64,000 nucleotides of DNA from Takakia lepidozioides. Lineage: Eukaryota; Plantae; Bryophyta. The position numbers and the translations under genes were made by a program. Where the stretch lies: assembly GCA_030704615.1 (NCBI GenBank), contig CM060731.1, forward strand, positions 87,978,001-88,042,000, given 5' to 3'. The notes below the pieces were generated by a model. The model searched no databases and was not told where the DNA came from. It saw only the letters and a program-made list of their open reading frames with translations. This document shows, piece by piece, positions 50,421 to 62,429 of this stretch. The number at the start of each line of letters is the position of its first letter. Position 1 is the first letter of the stretch.

Positions 50421-53400
50421 TCAACGCTTCTTCCGCTTTTGAGGTCGCCCTTCGAAAGCTGCAACCGCCTCGGATGCGTTTCCCATTTCTGAGGCACGCA
50501 CCCAAGATGCCTCCACATGATGATAGCCCTTCCATTTGACGAGATACTCCGTTTCTCGGTTCCTGAACGTCCTCGACTTAAGTATTGCCTCCACCTCGTA
50601 CTCAGGTTCATTTTGATGATCCAACAGCATAGGTGGCGGACGCAACACTTGATGCCGATTCGGACGCGCTTCATCTTTGAAATAAGGCTTCAAAAGGGTG
50701 ACATGGAATATTGGGTGCACCTTGCTGTTTTCCGGCAGCTCCAATTCATACACATCCTCATTCATAACCTTCCGAATGCGAAAGGTCCCGCATACGAAGG
50801 TACGAACTTCGGACTCACTTCCGGAGGTAGTCGGAAATTCTTGATGTTCAACCAAACCTCTGTGCCTGCCTCAAACTTCACTTCCCTCCGCTTCCGATTT
50901 GTCTGCCTTTCATACCGTTTCCTAGCTTTGGCAATGTTGTACTTTGCGAGCTTCAACAAACGCTCGCGTTCTTCCAGTACCGCCGCTACTGCCGGTTCCT
51001 CAACGTCCTGGGCGGCCCAACTTGTTGGCACCAGAGGTGCTTTTCCATAGACCAATACAAAAGGGGAAACTCCCGTTGCGGAGTGTTCTGTGTTATTATA
51101 ACAGAATTCTGCCGCGTCTAAGTGTTCCACCCAGTCTGTTTGGTCTGCCGACACGTAATTCCGCAAGATCTGCTTCACTACGGAATTCACTCTTTCTATT
51201 TGGCCGTCGTTCGTAGGTCGGAAGGCGACTCGTAAACTTTGGATCGCGATCCGAGACAATATCCTTCGGGACTCCATGATGCTTTAAGACGTGGGCGAAG
51301 TAAAGTCGCCCTGTCTCCTGCGCCGTTGCCGTCTCCTTGGTGGGGATGAAATGGCCCATTTTACTGAACCTATCCACCACCACCATGATTGCATCGAATC
51401 CTTTTGACAGCGGCATAGCAGTCATGAAATCCATCGAGACGCTTTCCCAAGTCCCCTCTGGAATCGGCAAGGGTTGTAACAGCCCCGCTTGCTTTTTGTA
51501 CTCGCTCCGGTTTTGTTGGCATGTGGTGCATGTCTTGACATACTCCTCTGCCTCCTCCCTCAGTTTGGGCCAGAAATACTCTTTCTTCAAGAGTGCGCTT
51601 GGCTCCGCCGTGGCCCGCAAGCGGGCTATCATGGCATTCTCTCAAGAGGCTATCTCTGATCCCTCCCTTTGGCACGTAGAGACATTTTTGCTTATACCGG
51701 AGCAGTCCATTTTGCAAGTGGAACTGCGATTTAACCCCTATCCTCAAGTCCTGCATCACGGACTTCGCCAGCTCATCCTTCCGGTAAACCTTCCGGATCT
51801 TCCTTTGGAGCGCCGTCTCGCCCTTGTACACCAACAAAAGCTGCTGCTTTCTACTTAAAGCATCGGCCACCACGTTGTCTCGTCCCGGTTTGTACTGGAT
51901 ATCCACGTCGAACACCGCCAAAGTATCTTGCCACCTAAGTTGTTTTTTGGGCTGCGTGGCAAAATACTTCACCGTGACATTGTCCGTGAACACCTTCACT
52001 GGGTTGGAACCAACATAGTGGCGCCAAAGCTCAAGACAGTGCACCACCGCCTTCATCTTTTTTTCGTGCGTCGGCCACCGTCGCTCCACTTCATTCAGTT
52101 TCTTACTTTCGTAAGCCACTGGACGTTCATCTTGCACCCCCAATCGCGAAGTCCGACGCATCTGTATGAATCTCAAATGGACGATCGAACTCCGAGATTT
52201 TCAAGACTGGAGCTTCCGCCATCCACTGCTTCAATTCAGCAAAAGCTTGGCCACAAAATGTGTTCCATACCCAGACTTTGGATTTACACAGAAGGTCCGA
52301 CAGCGGCCCCACGATCTTGGCGAAATTTCTCACATACTTCCGGTAATAGGAGGCGAGTCCTAGGAAGGATCGCACTCCCGGGACCGAAGTCGGAGGCTCC
52401 CAGTCCAAGATCGCCCTCACCTTTCTGTCATCCATTTTGATCCCATCCTGTGTAATCACATGCCTCAAGAACTCCACTTTCGTGACCCCGAATTCGCATT
52501 TTGAAGCTTTGGCGTACAGCTTCCCTTCCCGCAACTTTTGGAACACCCTTTTGAGGTGCTCCAGGTGTTCCTCCTTTGTTTTCGAGTACACCAAGATGTC
52601 GTCGATGTACACGATCACAAAGTCATCCAACCACTCCTGAAAAATGTTGTTCATCAGCGTGCTAAAGGTCGCCGGTGCATTAGTGAGCCCAAAAGGCATC
52701 ACCAAGAACTCATATGAACCATACCTTGTCCTGCACGCGGTCTTCTCCTCATCTCCTTCCACCACCCGAATTTAATGATAGCCGGACCGCAAGTCGATCC
52801 GGCTGAAATACTTCGTTCCTGCCAACCGGTCGAAAAGGTCGTCGATCCTTGGCAAAGGGTACCGGTTTTTAATAGTCACCTTATTCAAAGCCCTGTAATC
52901 GACACACATCCGCAGCGTCCCATCCTTCTTGTCTGCGAATAGCACCGGGGCTCCGTAAGGTGACTTACTCGGCCGGATGTACCCCTTTGACATTAGATCC
53001 TTGAGCTGAGTCTTCAGCTCGACCAACTCTCTATGGCTCAACCGGTAGGGCGCCTTGGCAGGCGGTTCCGATCCCGATATCACCTCAATCTTGTGGTCAA
53101 CTCCTCTTCGCGGTGGCAAGCCGCTTGGTAAATCCTCCGGCATCACATCCTGGTATTTCTCCAAAATCCCCTTGATCCAATCTGGGCTCGGCTCCCCATT
53201 GCCTTCTCCTTTCACTTCTCTAATGTAAAGCAAAAACTGGGACTCGTGTGCCTCCTCCACGGCCCACTCTTTTGCTGACAGAAGGTTTATTCGCCCTCCC
53301 ACGGATTTGGGCGTTTCCGACACTCGTAAAACCTCGCCACCATTCCCACATGGCAGCGTGACTACTCTCTTGCGGCCATCTATGACCGCTCTGGATTTGC

Positions 53401-54904
53401 TCAAAAAGGTCATCCCCAAAATGAGATCCACTCCATCGATCTCGCAGATGGTGAAGTTCTCACGTCCCTCCCAACTCCCCAGTTGAAGAGGAACATCAAA
53501 CGCCAACCTTGTCGCCAACTGAGGTTCTCCTTTGGCAGAGCGCACCTCAATAGAGGCCCCCACGTCACTTGTCGGGAGTCCCAACTTTCGCGCCGCCGCC
53601 GGCGTCATGAAGGAGTGCGACGCTCCTGTGTCCACCAACAACGACACGTTAGTTCCGGATATTATCCCATCCACGAACAATAACTGACTCCCTTTACGCA
53701 GGGCGCCAGTTTCCTGATACAACTCACAAGAATAGTTGCCTACCTTGCAAGTCCTGGCGACCACCGCTTCCACCAAGCGACTGATGGTATCTTCCGACAG
53801 CTCCGTGGTTGCCCGAGTCATGTTCAATTGTCGAGGTTTTGTGCACTTCTTGGCCATGTGCCCGGGCTCCCCGCAATTGAAACACACTCCATCAAAGGTT
53901 GCCTTCTGTCCGCCATAAGCCGCTCTGCCCGCTTTTCCTTTCAAAGCACCGGGTGCCGCCTTGACGTGTGAAGGCCCTCCCTTCGATTTCCATGTGCCAT
54001 TGTCGCCGCGTGGCCTATCCCACTTCTTTTCCGGTCGGAAGGAGTCACCTTCCCGCCGGGTCTTCTTGTGGTTCAGCTCCATACGGCCTTGTCTCTCACC
54101 CCTAGGGACATCCGAGAAACATTCAGCCCTCTCAATTGCCTCGTTCAAAGTCTTGGGTGGCTTCTCCTCCAACTTCCGCCTGGCCCATGGGGCCAGTCCC
54201 GCCACAAAGTTGAAGACCATTTTTGGTTCTGCCATGTCCGCGACTTCGAGCAACAGCACATTGAAAGCCTGGACATACCCCCAAATGTCATCTGTTTGCT
54301 TCAAATTCCTCATCTTGTCCCGGGCAAGCCAGGATGCATTGAGGGGCACAAACTGTCTCTTCATCAATTCCTTGAACCCACTCCAGTTCAAGGTTTCCGG
54401 GCTTGGGCCTCGGTCGTGAAGGCGTTTCTGCCACCATTGTTGAGCATAGCCCCTCAAATAGGTGGGAGCCACTTCCACCCGATCCTCGTCACTCAACTTG
54501 GCCGCCCGGAAGTACTGCTCTAGCTCCAGGAGCCAGGTGTTGAGTGCCTTCCGATTTCGAACGCCCTCGAAGGTGCCGGGTTCCTTAGGCTTCACCTTAA
54601 ACTTTGCCTTAGTAGAAGTGGCATTAGCCGCCTTCAACACGTCTTTCAACGTCCCGCCAAACTGCGCCAACAACCCTTCCCAAAAGGCTGCCGGCATGGG
54701 AGGCATCTCTTGGTTTGTCGGAGCTCTCAAGGATTCCTCAGGCTCCGACTCCTCGGATTCCTCCCGCTCCTGAGCGGCCTCGTTTTCGGAAACATTCATC
54801 GCTTCCTCAAACGGCCGCCTCGGTGACACGTCGCCCCCATCGGGCTCACCAGGATCATCATCTTTTGGACCATTCCGCTTTTGCTTTGGCTTGCCTAACC
54901 CCAT
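50421..54904 (-). pseudogene. Chromovirus gag-pol with one stop and several frameshifts
   Basis: CCHC '[14 protein letters not shown]', protease 'LVDTGAS', RT 'YIDD', RNase H 'DASD', integrase 'SMDF...SDRD', GPY/F, chromodomain 'EYEVEAIL...YLVKWKGY...SW'. Confidence 0.95.
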
Positions 54905-54959
54905 GATGAGGCCAATCCCAAGGACGATCGCGTACTGAACTCTAAGCTCTGATACCAAG

Positions 54960-55672
54960 TGTCGCGCACCTCCCTTCGGTAAGCTCCCCCTCAAGTCATA
55001 GTTACTCGCTTTGATGCGCGCGCCTGACTCCCAACCTGGCCGCCGGGCCAACTTGGAGCTTCGGCTGCTCACCGGGGCATAACGGTCCCCCTTTGTTCTC
55101 CCAAAGAACCCTCCACCGCTTTGGAACCAGCGGGAATTCCCTTTTGTAGTTGGCAGTCCGGAACAGCTCCCCACTCTTTGGTCGCTTTCCGGCTCGCTCG
55201 CTTACTCACTAGTTTTTGGTCACCGTTCTCGGGGTTACTACTCCCTATATATACTTCTGTAGCTGTCCGCGGGGGTTTCACAACCAGCCATGCCATTTTA
55301 TGGCGAACCACCACGAAAACCCTCGACTCCCGGTGATGAGTCGCGGTGAGTCTTGGCCCACTCACCACGGCCACTATGGACCGTGATGAGTCCCAAGACT
55401 CCCCACGACTCCCACCACGAGGTCTCCGCCCCCATGGTGAGTCCTATGCCACCCCCACTAAGTCCCGCTAAGCTACCACCACCCCTTGTGGAGCCACCCC
55501 CACCGCAACCCGGTGTGCGGGGCTCCACCTAGTGAGTGCCTCCGCCTCCTTGAGCGCCTTGGGCACTCAAGGGTGCTTCAGCCCCCCATACCTATCGCTG
55601 CCGCTGCCCCCACCACAGGGGCAGCCCCTCATGTGTCCCGACCCCCTGCCCTCAAGGCAAAGGGCCGCGACA
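54960..55672 (-). repeat. 5' LTR of the chromovirus
   Basis: Adjacent to the iMet PBS. Confidence 0.97.
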
Positions 55673-56335
55673 GCTCATGTCAGCCAGTGGAGAGTGCCTC
55701 CTGGGAGATACAGGGTCCTTGGAGAGCCTCCGCGAAAGTCCCTTGGATCATACGTGACGCCGGGGACGGCTACTTCGGGGGTTGAAGACAAAATGGACGT
55801 GGTAGTGAAAAAAGAGCAAACATCCTCCACTCCAATCGTTGTGCTTTCGGATTCGTCCGATGAAGATATCATTGAAATCGCATTTGTTGTGCATACTCCG
55901 CTAGTTGTGGAAGCGGATGTAGAAGAGATCTGTAGGGTAATTCCAAAACTATGGGCAATGGGAGGAATGGCCGGTTTCAAAAGTGAGTTGCGGGGAATTG
56001 ATTGGGAAACTTTCAAGCAAGTGCCTGTGAAGTTTCTGCCGGAGACGTTTGATGGGGATATCCTCTTCGAGCTGCCTCCTCCTCCACGAGTTGGAGGTAT
56101 AACAAGCCTGATGCAAGGGATGGACAAGAAACACGATGGACACCCATGGTGCATAACAAAAACATCGAATATTCTAAATCATGACAAACTCGTGTTCAAG
56201 AGAACAATCTGCAATGGACTCCTCAGGTGTGACAATTTCAATTGCAGGCACTTTCTTCAGTCTGGGATTCATAACCAAAGCGAGTGAGAGGGTATCGCCG
56301 AAAATCCATTTAAGCCTTGGGGGGGGGGGGGGGGG

Positions 56336-57002
56336 GGATGCTTGCGCGTGAGCCTGTGAGCCCAGCCAGGATCACGCCACGTCAGCAAGGTTTCCCACGT
56401 GCAGGACCTAATTCCGCTGATGCCACGCCACCTATTTCCGCGGAACAGTAGGCGACTACCACGCCCCAGATTTGCCAACTTTATTTTCCGAGAAGTCTCC
56501 TCCCTCATCCAAATCTTGGTCGGATGAGAAATCACGGGTGGTTTGTGGATGGTTCTAAGCCAGATTTATCCAATAGGGTCAAGACTTGCGGGTCCAGATC
56601 CTTGAGAATCTCTTCTACTTTTGCCAGGACTTCCTTCCCCCCAATTCACATCCACTTTTCATTGATAGACGTTCTCCAGACAAACACCAGGAAATCCCTA
56701 AAGCGTCTTTGCGGTTTATGAAAAAACATGGTGCAGAACAGGTTGGCAAGACTTGCAATGCAAGACACGAAACAAAGAACAACAAGGCCAACAACCATAC
56801 AAAATGCAATAAACAGTCCTAAGAAAAAGATGCTTTCATTTCTCAAATCAAGGTTGTGTCAACGTAAGGTTGATTTGCATCACCCTCCCAGCGCCTATAA
56901 ATAAATAAATAAATAAAAACATTTCTCAAATCAAGATTGCGTCAACGCAAGGTTGATTTGCATCACCCCCCTAGGGAGGGAAAAAAAACCAAAAATAAAT
57001 AA

Positions 57003-57049
<47 letters not shown>

Positions 57050-57593
57050 GAAAAATCTTTAAAAAATCTTTAAAAAAAGATGTTTTCATTTCTCAAATCA
57101 AGGTTGCGTCAACGCAAGGTTGATTTGCATCAACCCCCCAGGGAGGGAAAATAAATAAAATTAAGTCGTATGTCTGTCGCTATATGTCACGTTATCAATC
57201 GTGTTGTGCGTGCGTCTACCATTTATTGCATTCGTTCCTCAAACTCACTTGTTCATTTGCGAACACATCAAGTCATCAAATGAACATTCTCGAAATCAAC
57301 CTCGTGTTAACACAAGGTTCATTTCAAGTTCTCTGAAATCAACCTCGTGTTAACACAAGGTTGATCTCTGCGGACGTCCTAAACCCTTAACCCATCTCAC
57401 CTTCAGATGGTGAAATCCCACAGTTATATGCTCCACGGTTATAGGCCCACCATCTTTGTGGTGACGTGGCACGACATTGGGTGGGCTCACGTCACATCAG
57501 CACCAGCGCCACGTCAGCGCTGTGAGCGTAGGCTCACGCCACATCACCATTGTGTGAGCGTACGCTCACACTCCAGGCTCACGCGGTAGCGTC
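56336..57593. mobile_element. Non-autonomous MULE of the same family as the 6824 element
   Basis: TIR GATGCTTGCGCGTGAGCCTG / CAGGCTCACGCGGTAGCGTC; interrupts MULE copy 2; internal repeats AAATCAAGGTTGCGTCAACGCAAGGTTGATTT x3 and AAATCAACCTCGTGTTAACACAAGGTT x2; TSD obscured by poly-G. Confidence 0.8.
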
Positions 57594-57908
57594 GCTGGGC
57601 CTGGGGCAGCTCCTCCACCGGCAAACACTTTCGTTTGCAAATTCTGCAGGCTTGTCCTATCCTGCCTGGCAGTGTGTGGAGCAAGAATGTACTATGTCGT
57701 CCATCGTTTGAAAACAATGACAAGAACTTGTGTACATTTCAGTTTTCATAACCATCCTGTCTCGAAGAGGGATTACAGGGAGAGTCTTGAGACATTGTCG
57801 AGGTTGATTAAACAAGAGTACGAGAGCAACCCAACTGCAACCACATCTGCAATTGCTCTTGCCGCAAGCAAGAGCTTCTTGGAGAGCCATATTTTGAGTG
57901 CAGGGGAT

Positions 57909-59178
57909 CACTACAGGAAACGGGGGGCCTTTGCGACGCCCGCGCCACGCCGCAGCGTCGAGAAAACGCCCTTTTCAAGCACGCGGGAGGCACAGAATTT
58001 GCGACGCCCGGCCGTCGCCCTGCAGTCGCAAGGGCGTCGCCAAAATGATGTCGCAAAAATGCGACGTATGGGGGTCGCGAGCCCCCGCCCCAACTCCCGC
58101 GACTGCCGGACGTCGGTTTTTCAGGCCGTCTGCGCCGATGGCAGGAGCCTCTTCGAGCGACGTCTCGCCGTCGCGGCCCTCTAGCCGACGGCGTTGGTGG
58201 GGGCGCCGACGCGGCGTCGCATTTTTTTTATTTTTTTTCTAACCTGCCCGGGAGTCAGCCGGGTGGTACGGCAAGCGACGCCTGTGCATCACTACAAGCG
58301 ACTATTGGGCGTGGCACAAAATAGCAGGAGTCGGTCTCCGCCACGCCCGGGTGTGGGTTGTTGCGACGCTCCAGCGTCGCTTTTGTTTTAAATTTAATAA
58401 AAAAAAAAAAACGTGGCGCAGGCAGGGTGGCGGTCGGCTTGCGACCCCCGGACCAAAAAAACACGTCACAGGGGTGTCGGGTGTTGCCGCCCGCAAATGG
58501 GATTTGCGTCGCCCAACCGTCGCTGCTTGCAACCCCCACCCAAAAAACACGTCGCCATTGGCGACGTGCTGCAGTCGCGAGGGCAGCCTGGTGGGGGGGG
58601 GGAGGTTGGAGGTTCATTTTGGGGGTGAATTGGGGGTGGTTTTTGTTTTTTTCCTGGTTTTGTATTTGGGGATGGGAGAACTTACAGTTCCATTTCTCTG
58701 AGTTAGCAAGTACAGAATTGAGCAAGCATGAATCGAGGGTGAGGACGATGCGACACATGAATAAGATGGAAGATGGAAAGATGAAAATATATTTACAAGA
58801 AATGAGCTGAAAAGCTCACAAGGGTTCAGTAGACTGACCCTGGGACCTACATGGACTAGGACTAGTCATCCTCATCCTCATCCTTAGTGGAGGACTCAGA
58901 GCTATCCGATGAGCCTGATGACTCCGCGCCCTTTGCCAGAGCACGTAAATGAGGCGGCGTTCCCCTAAGTCCCACAGAGCTCTCATCCAATCCCTGGGTA
59001 TGACCCTCGACCTCATCCATATTAGTGCCCTGTAGTGCACTCATACCCTCTATGTTGGCCATGTTCTTCATGAGGGATTGCCAACCATGCTCCTTGGCGT
59101 AGTTGTACTATACCGGAGATGGCTTCCTCTCAAACGCGCATTGCTACACATGCCACAAATTAAAGTCAGTTCTTCGCG
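57909..59178 (+). mobile_element. Left end of a CACTA element with GCGACG/CGTCGC subterminal repeats
   Basis: CACTACAGGAAA terminus cuts the MULE frame; many GCGACG repeats in both orientations; 58895-59170 homologous to 14310-14620. Confidence 0.85.
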
Positions 59179-61185
59179 ATGTAAAACCGCGGAATACTCT
59201 ATACATGCCAGTATGCGACGTCCTTTTGCCGTGGTATACTGGATTTCTCGTTGCACGGTCACTCATTTTCATGAGCGGATCTAAAAAACCATGAGCGGAG
59301 TTGTTACTGACGACATATCTTTGCCGCATTACACGATCTGTAACTTCCAAAAACGGCAAGGTCAAATAAAAAAACTATTATTTTAATACTTGTTTAATCT
59401 GCCGCATTTCCAAATTTGGAGGAGTCCGCTCAAGAAAACCGCGTGTCTTAGACTTCGGCTCACCGCTCATGCGGCTCATGGCTCATGGCTCATGGTTTCT
59501 GCTCATGAAATAGTAAACTTCCTTTGTGGCCCATTTTGAAATCAAAAAACAACCGAAAATGGGGGCCCAAACAGTGTGCGTTGCCGCACACTGTTTGGGG
59601 CTTCCAATTAGGGGTATTTTGAAAATGGCATACTAGCCCTTTGTGGCCCATTTTGAAGTAAAAAAACAACCGGGAAGGGGGGCCCAAATAGTGTGCGTTG
59701 CCGCACACTGTTTGGTGCTTCCAAGTACGGGTGTTTTGAACTTGGCACACTGCCCCGTGTGGCACATTTAGACATCACACATGGCCCATTTTGAATAAAA
59801 AAACAGGCACGGAGGGCGCCTCAAACAGTGTGCTTTTGAAGCACACTGTTTGGGGCCTCCAATTAGGGGTATTTTGAGCATGGCATACTGGCGTTTTGTG
59901 GCCCATTTTGAAGTAAAAAAAGAACCAGAAGGGGGGGGCAAAACGGTGTGCGTTGCCGCGCACTGTTTGGTGCTTGCAACTACGGGTGTTTTGAACTTGG
60001 CACACTGGCCCTGTGTTGCACATTTAGACATCAAATATGGCCCATTTTGAAATAAAAAAACAGGCTCAGAGGGGCCACAAATAGTGTGCTTTGAAGCACA
60101 CTGTTTGGGGCCTCCAATTAGAGGTATTTTAAGCATGGCATACTGGCCCTTTGTGGCCCATTTTGAAATCAAAAAAGAACCGGAAAGGGGGGCCCAAACA
60201 GTGTGCGTTGCCCCACACTGTTTGGTGCTTCCAATTAGCGGTATTTTGAGCAGGGCATACTGGCCTTTGGTGGCCCATTTTGAAGTAGAAAAACAACTGG
60301 AAAGGGGGGCCCAAATAGTGTGCGTTGCCGCGCCTTGTTTGGTGCTTCCAACTATGGGTGTTTTGAACTTGGCACACTGGCCCTGTGTGCCACATTTAGA
60401 CATCAAACATGGCCCATTTTGAAGTCAAAAAATGGGCACGGAGGGGGCCTCAAACAGTGTGCTTTGAAGCACACTGTTTGGGGCTTCCAATTAGGGGTAT
60501 TTTGAGCGTGGCATACCGGCCGTTTGCGGCCCATTTTGAAGTCAAAAAAGAACCGGAAAGTGGGGCCCAAACAGTGTGCGTTGCCGCACACTGTTTGGTG
60601 CTTCCAACTACGGGTGTTTTGAACTTGGCACACTGGCCCTGTGTGGCACATTTAGACATCAAACATGGCCCATTTTGAAATCAAAAAAATAGGCACGGAG
60701 GGGGCCTCAAACAATGTGCTTTGAAGCACACTGTTTGGGGCTTCCCATGAGGGGTATTTTGAGCGTGGCATACCGGCCCATTGTGGCCCATTTTATAGTA
60801 AAAAAAGAACCGGAAAGTGGGGCCCAAACAGGAGGTTTACTATTTCATGAGCAGAAACCATGAGCCATGAGCCATGAGCCGCATGAGCCGCATGAGCGGT
60901 GAGCCGAAGTCTAAGATACGCGGATTTCATGAGCGGACTCCTCCAAATTTGGAAATGCGGCAGATTAAACAAGTATTAAAATAATAGTTTTTTTTATTTG
61001 ACCTTGCCGTTTTTGGATGTTCCAGATCATGTAATGCGGCGAAGATATGTCGTCAGTAACAAGTCCGCTCATGGTTTTTTAGATCCGCTCATGGAAATAA
61101 GTGACCGTGCAACGGGAAATCCAGTATACCACTGCAAAAGGACGTCGCATACTGGCCTGTATAGAGTATTCCGCGGTTTTACATG
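59179..61185. mobile_element. Foldback-type element: ~345-bp inverted arms enclosing a tandem array
   Basis: 59179-59523 is the reverse complement of about 60831-61185 (ATGTAAAACCGCGGAATACTCT...GCTCATGAAATAGTAAAC); no TSD seen. Confidence 0.75.
59526..60830. repeat. Higher-order satellite of ~117/~139-bp units, most with an AAACAGTGTGC-N-GCACACTGTTT palindrome
   Basis: GGCCCATTTT anchors at 59528, 59645, 59783, 59900, 60039, 60155, 60272, 60411, 60528, 60667 and 60785. Confidence 0.95.
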
Positions 61186-61682
61186 CCTTAACATTGGAAT
61201 GAAGCTGACCCTTTTGCCGCGATTGAACCAATGGAGTCTACACCAATAGAGTCTGCAGTACTTCACAATTCTGTCTTCTTCGGGTATTCGGCGGGGAAGG
61301 TTTGCAACTGAACTGGGAAATAAGGTGCCGCATTAGGGTTCGCACGTGCGAAATTTCGGAGCGGTTTGGTGTTGGCGAAGGCCGCCTCTACCAGTACCTA
61401 CGACGATACTTGGAAATGCGGCGCCGCATTTCCTTGTCGGAGGTCGAATGAGGAAAGCAAGTTTTCGGAAAGCAGAAAAACATGAACCCTCCAACATACA
61501 AAAATACATGCACGTGGAAACAAGTGAACGATATAGTAATATCTTAGTTCGAGCAAAACAGGTAACTGGTAGGCAAGACATATGTCGGACCTTTCTGTGG
61601 CCAGAGTCTGAGGTACTGGCAGCAGTACAGTTCTACTATCCGAAAAGGATGGGCGTACCATTGTATTGGGACCGCAAGCCAA

Positions 61683-62182
61683 NNNNNNNNNNNNNNNNNN
61701 NNNNNNNNNNNNNNNNNNNNNNNNNNNNNNNNNNNNNNNNNNNNNNNNNNNNNNNNNNNNNNNNNNNNNNNNNNNNNNNNNNNNNNNNNNNNNNNNNNNN
61801 NNNNNNNNNNNNNNNNNNNNNNNNNNNNNNNNNNNNNNNNNNNNNNNNNNNNNNNNNNNNNNNNNNNNNNNNNNNNNNNNNNNNNNNNNNNNNNNNNNNN
61901 NNNNNNNNNNNNNNNNNNNNNNNNNNNNNNNNNNNNNNNNNNNNNNNNNNNNNNNNNNNNNNNNNNNNNNNNNNNNNNNNNNNNNNNNNNNNNNNNNNNN
62001 NNNNNNNNNNNNNNNNNNNNNNNNNNNNNNNNNNNNNNNNNNNNNNNNNNNNNNNNNNNNNNNNNNNNNNNNNNNNNNNNNNNNNNNNNNNNNNNNNNNN
62101 NNNNNNNNNNNNNNNNNNNNNNNNNNNNNNNNNNNNNNNNNNNNNNNNNNNNNNNNNNNNNNNNNNNNNNNNNNNNNNNNNN
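61683..62182. other. Assembly gap (500 N)
   Basis: Run of N. Confidence 1.
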
Positions 62183-62429
62183 TTTTTGACACATGACTCA
62201 CATACCGGTTACTCTGCTATCTTCATCCGGACAGAACATTGTAGAAATGAGACATCAACTTGTAAACAGTGGGCCAATTCCGACAGTTATTCAACAGAAG
62301 AAAACACAATCATACGAAGTGAGTGTACGATGGGTTTATTGATCGGACACGATGTCTCACATTTACCAACTACAGACAAAACTAAGCCCTTCTCCTTCTA
62401 CATGGGCTTCACCAAGTCGACGGAACTTC

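Larger units (their letters stand above)
48792..55672 (-). mobile_element. Full-length Ty3/gypsy chromovirus LTR retrotransposon
   Basis: LTRs 48792-49518 and 54960-55672 (TGTCGCG...CGCGACA), 5-bp TSD GCTCA on both sides, PBS TGGTATCAGAGC (tRNA-iMet) at 54946-54957, gag-PR-RT-RH-IN-chromodomain. Confidence 0.97.
48750..57908 (+). pseudogene. Second, diverged copy of the GCM-MULE transposase, split into three pieces by nested insertions
   Basis: 48750-48791 'SFQNSDETAH', 55678-56317 'SQWRVPPGRYRVLG...MDKKHDGHPWC...ENPFK' and 57601-57908 'APPPANTFVCKFC...HNHPVSK...SNPTATTS' are colinear with 8554-10869. Confidence 0.9.

Noticed and set aside
54905-55174. Gag N-terminal extension starting inside the LTR
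   Set aside because: Runs through LTR and PBS from a non-ATG codon; probable start is 54904
57379-57393. Telomere-like CTAAACCCTTAACCC
   Set aside because: Only two degenerate units; at most a telo-box
59490-60678. Repetitive ORFs on both strands of the array
   Set aside because: By-products of the satellite; unit lengths vary out of frame
59526-60830. CRISPR-like appearance (palindromic repeats at regular spacing)
   Set aside because: Intervening sequences are themselves repeated rather than unique spacers; eukaryotic context; no cas genes
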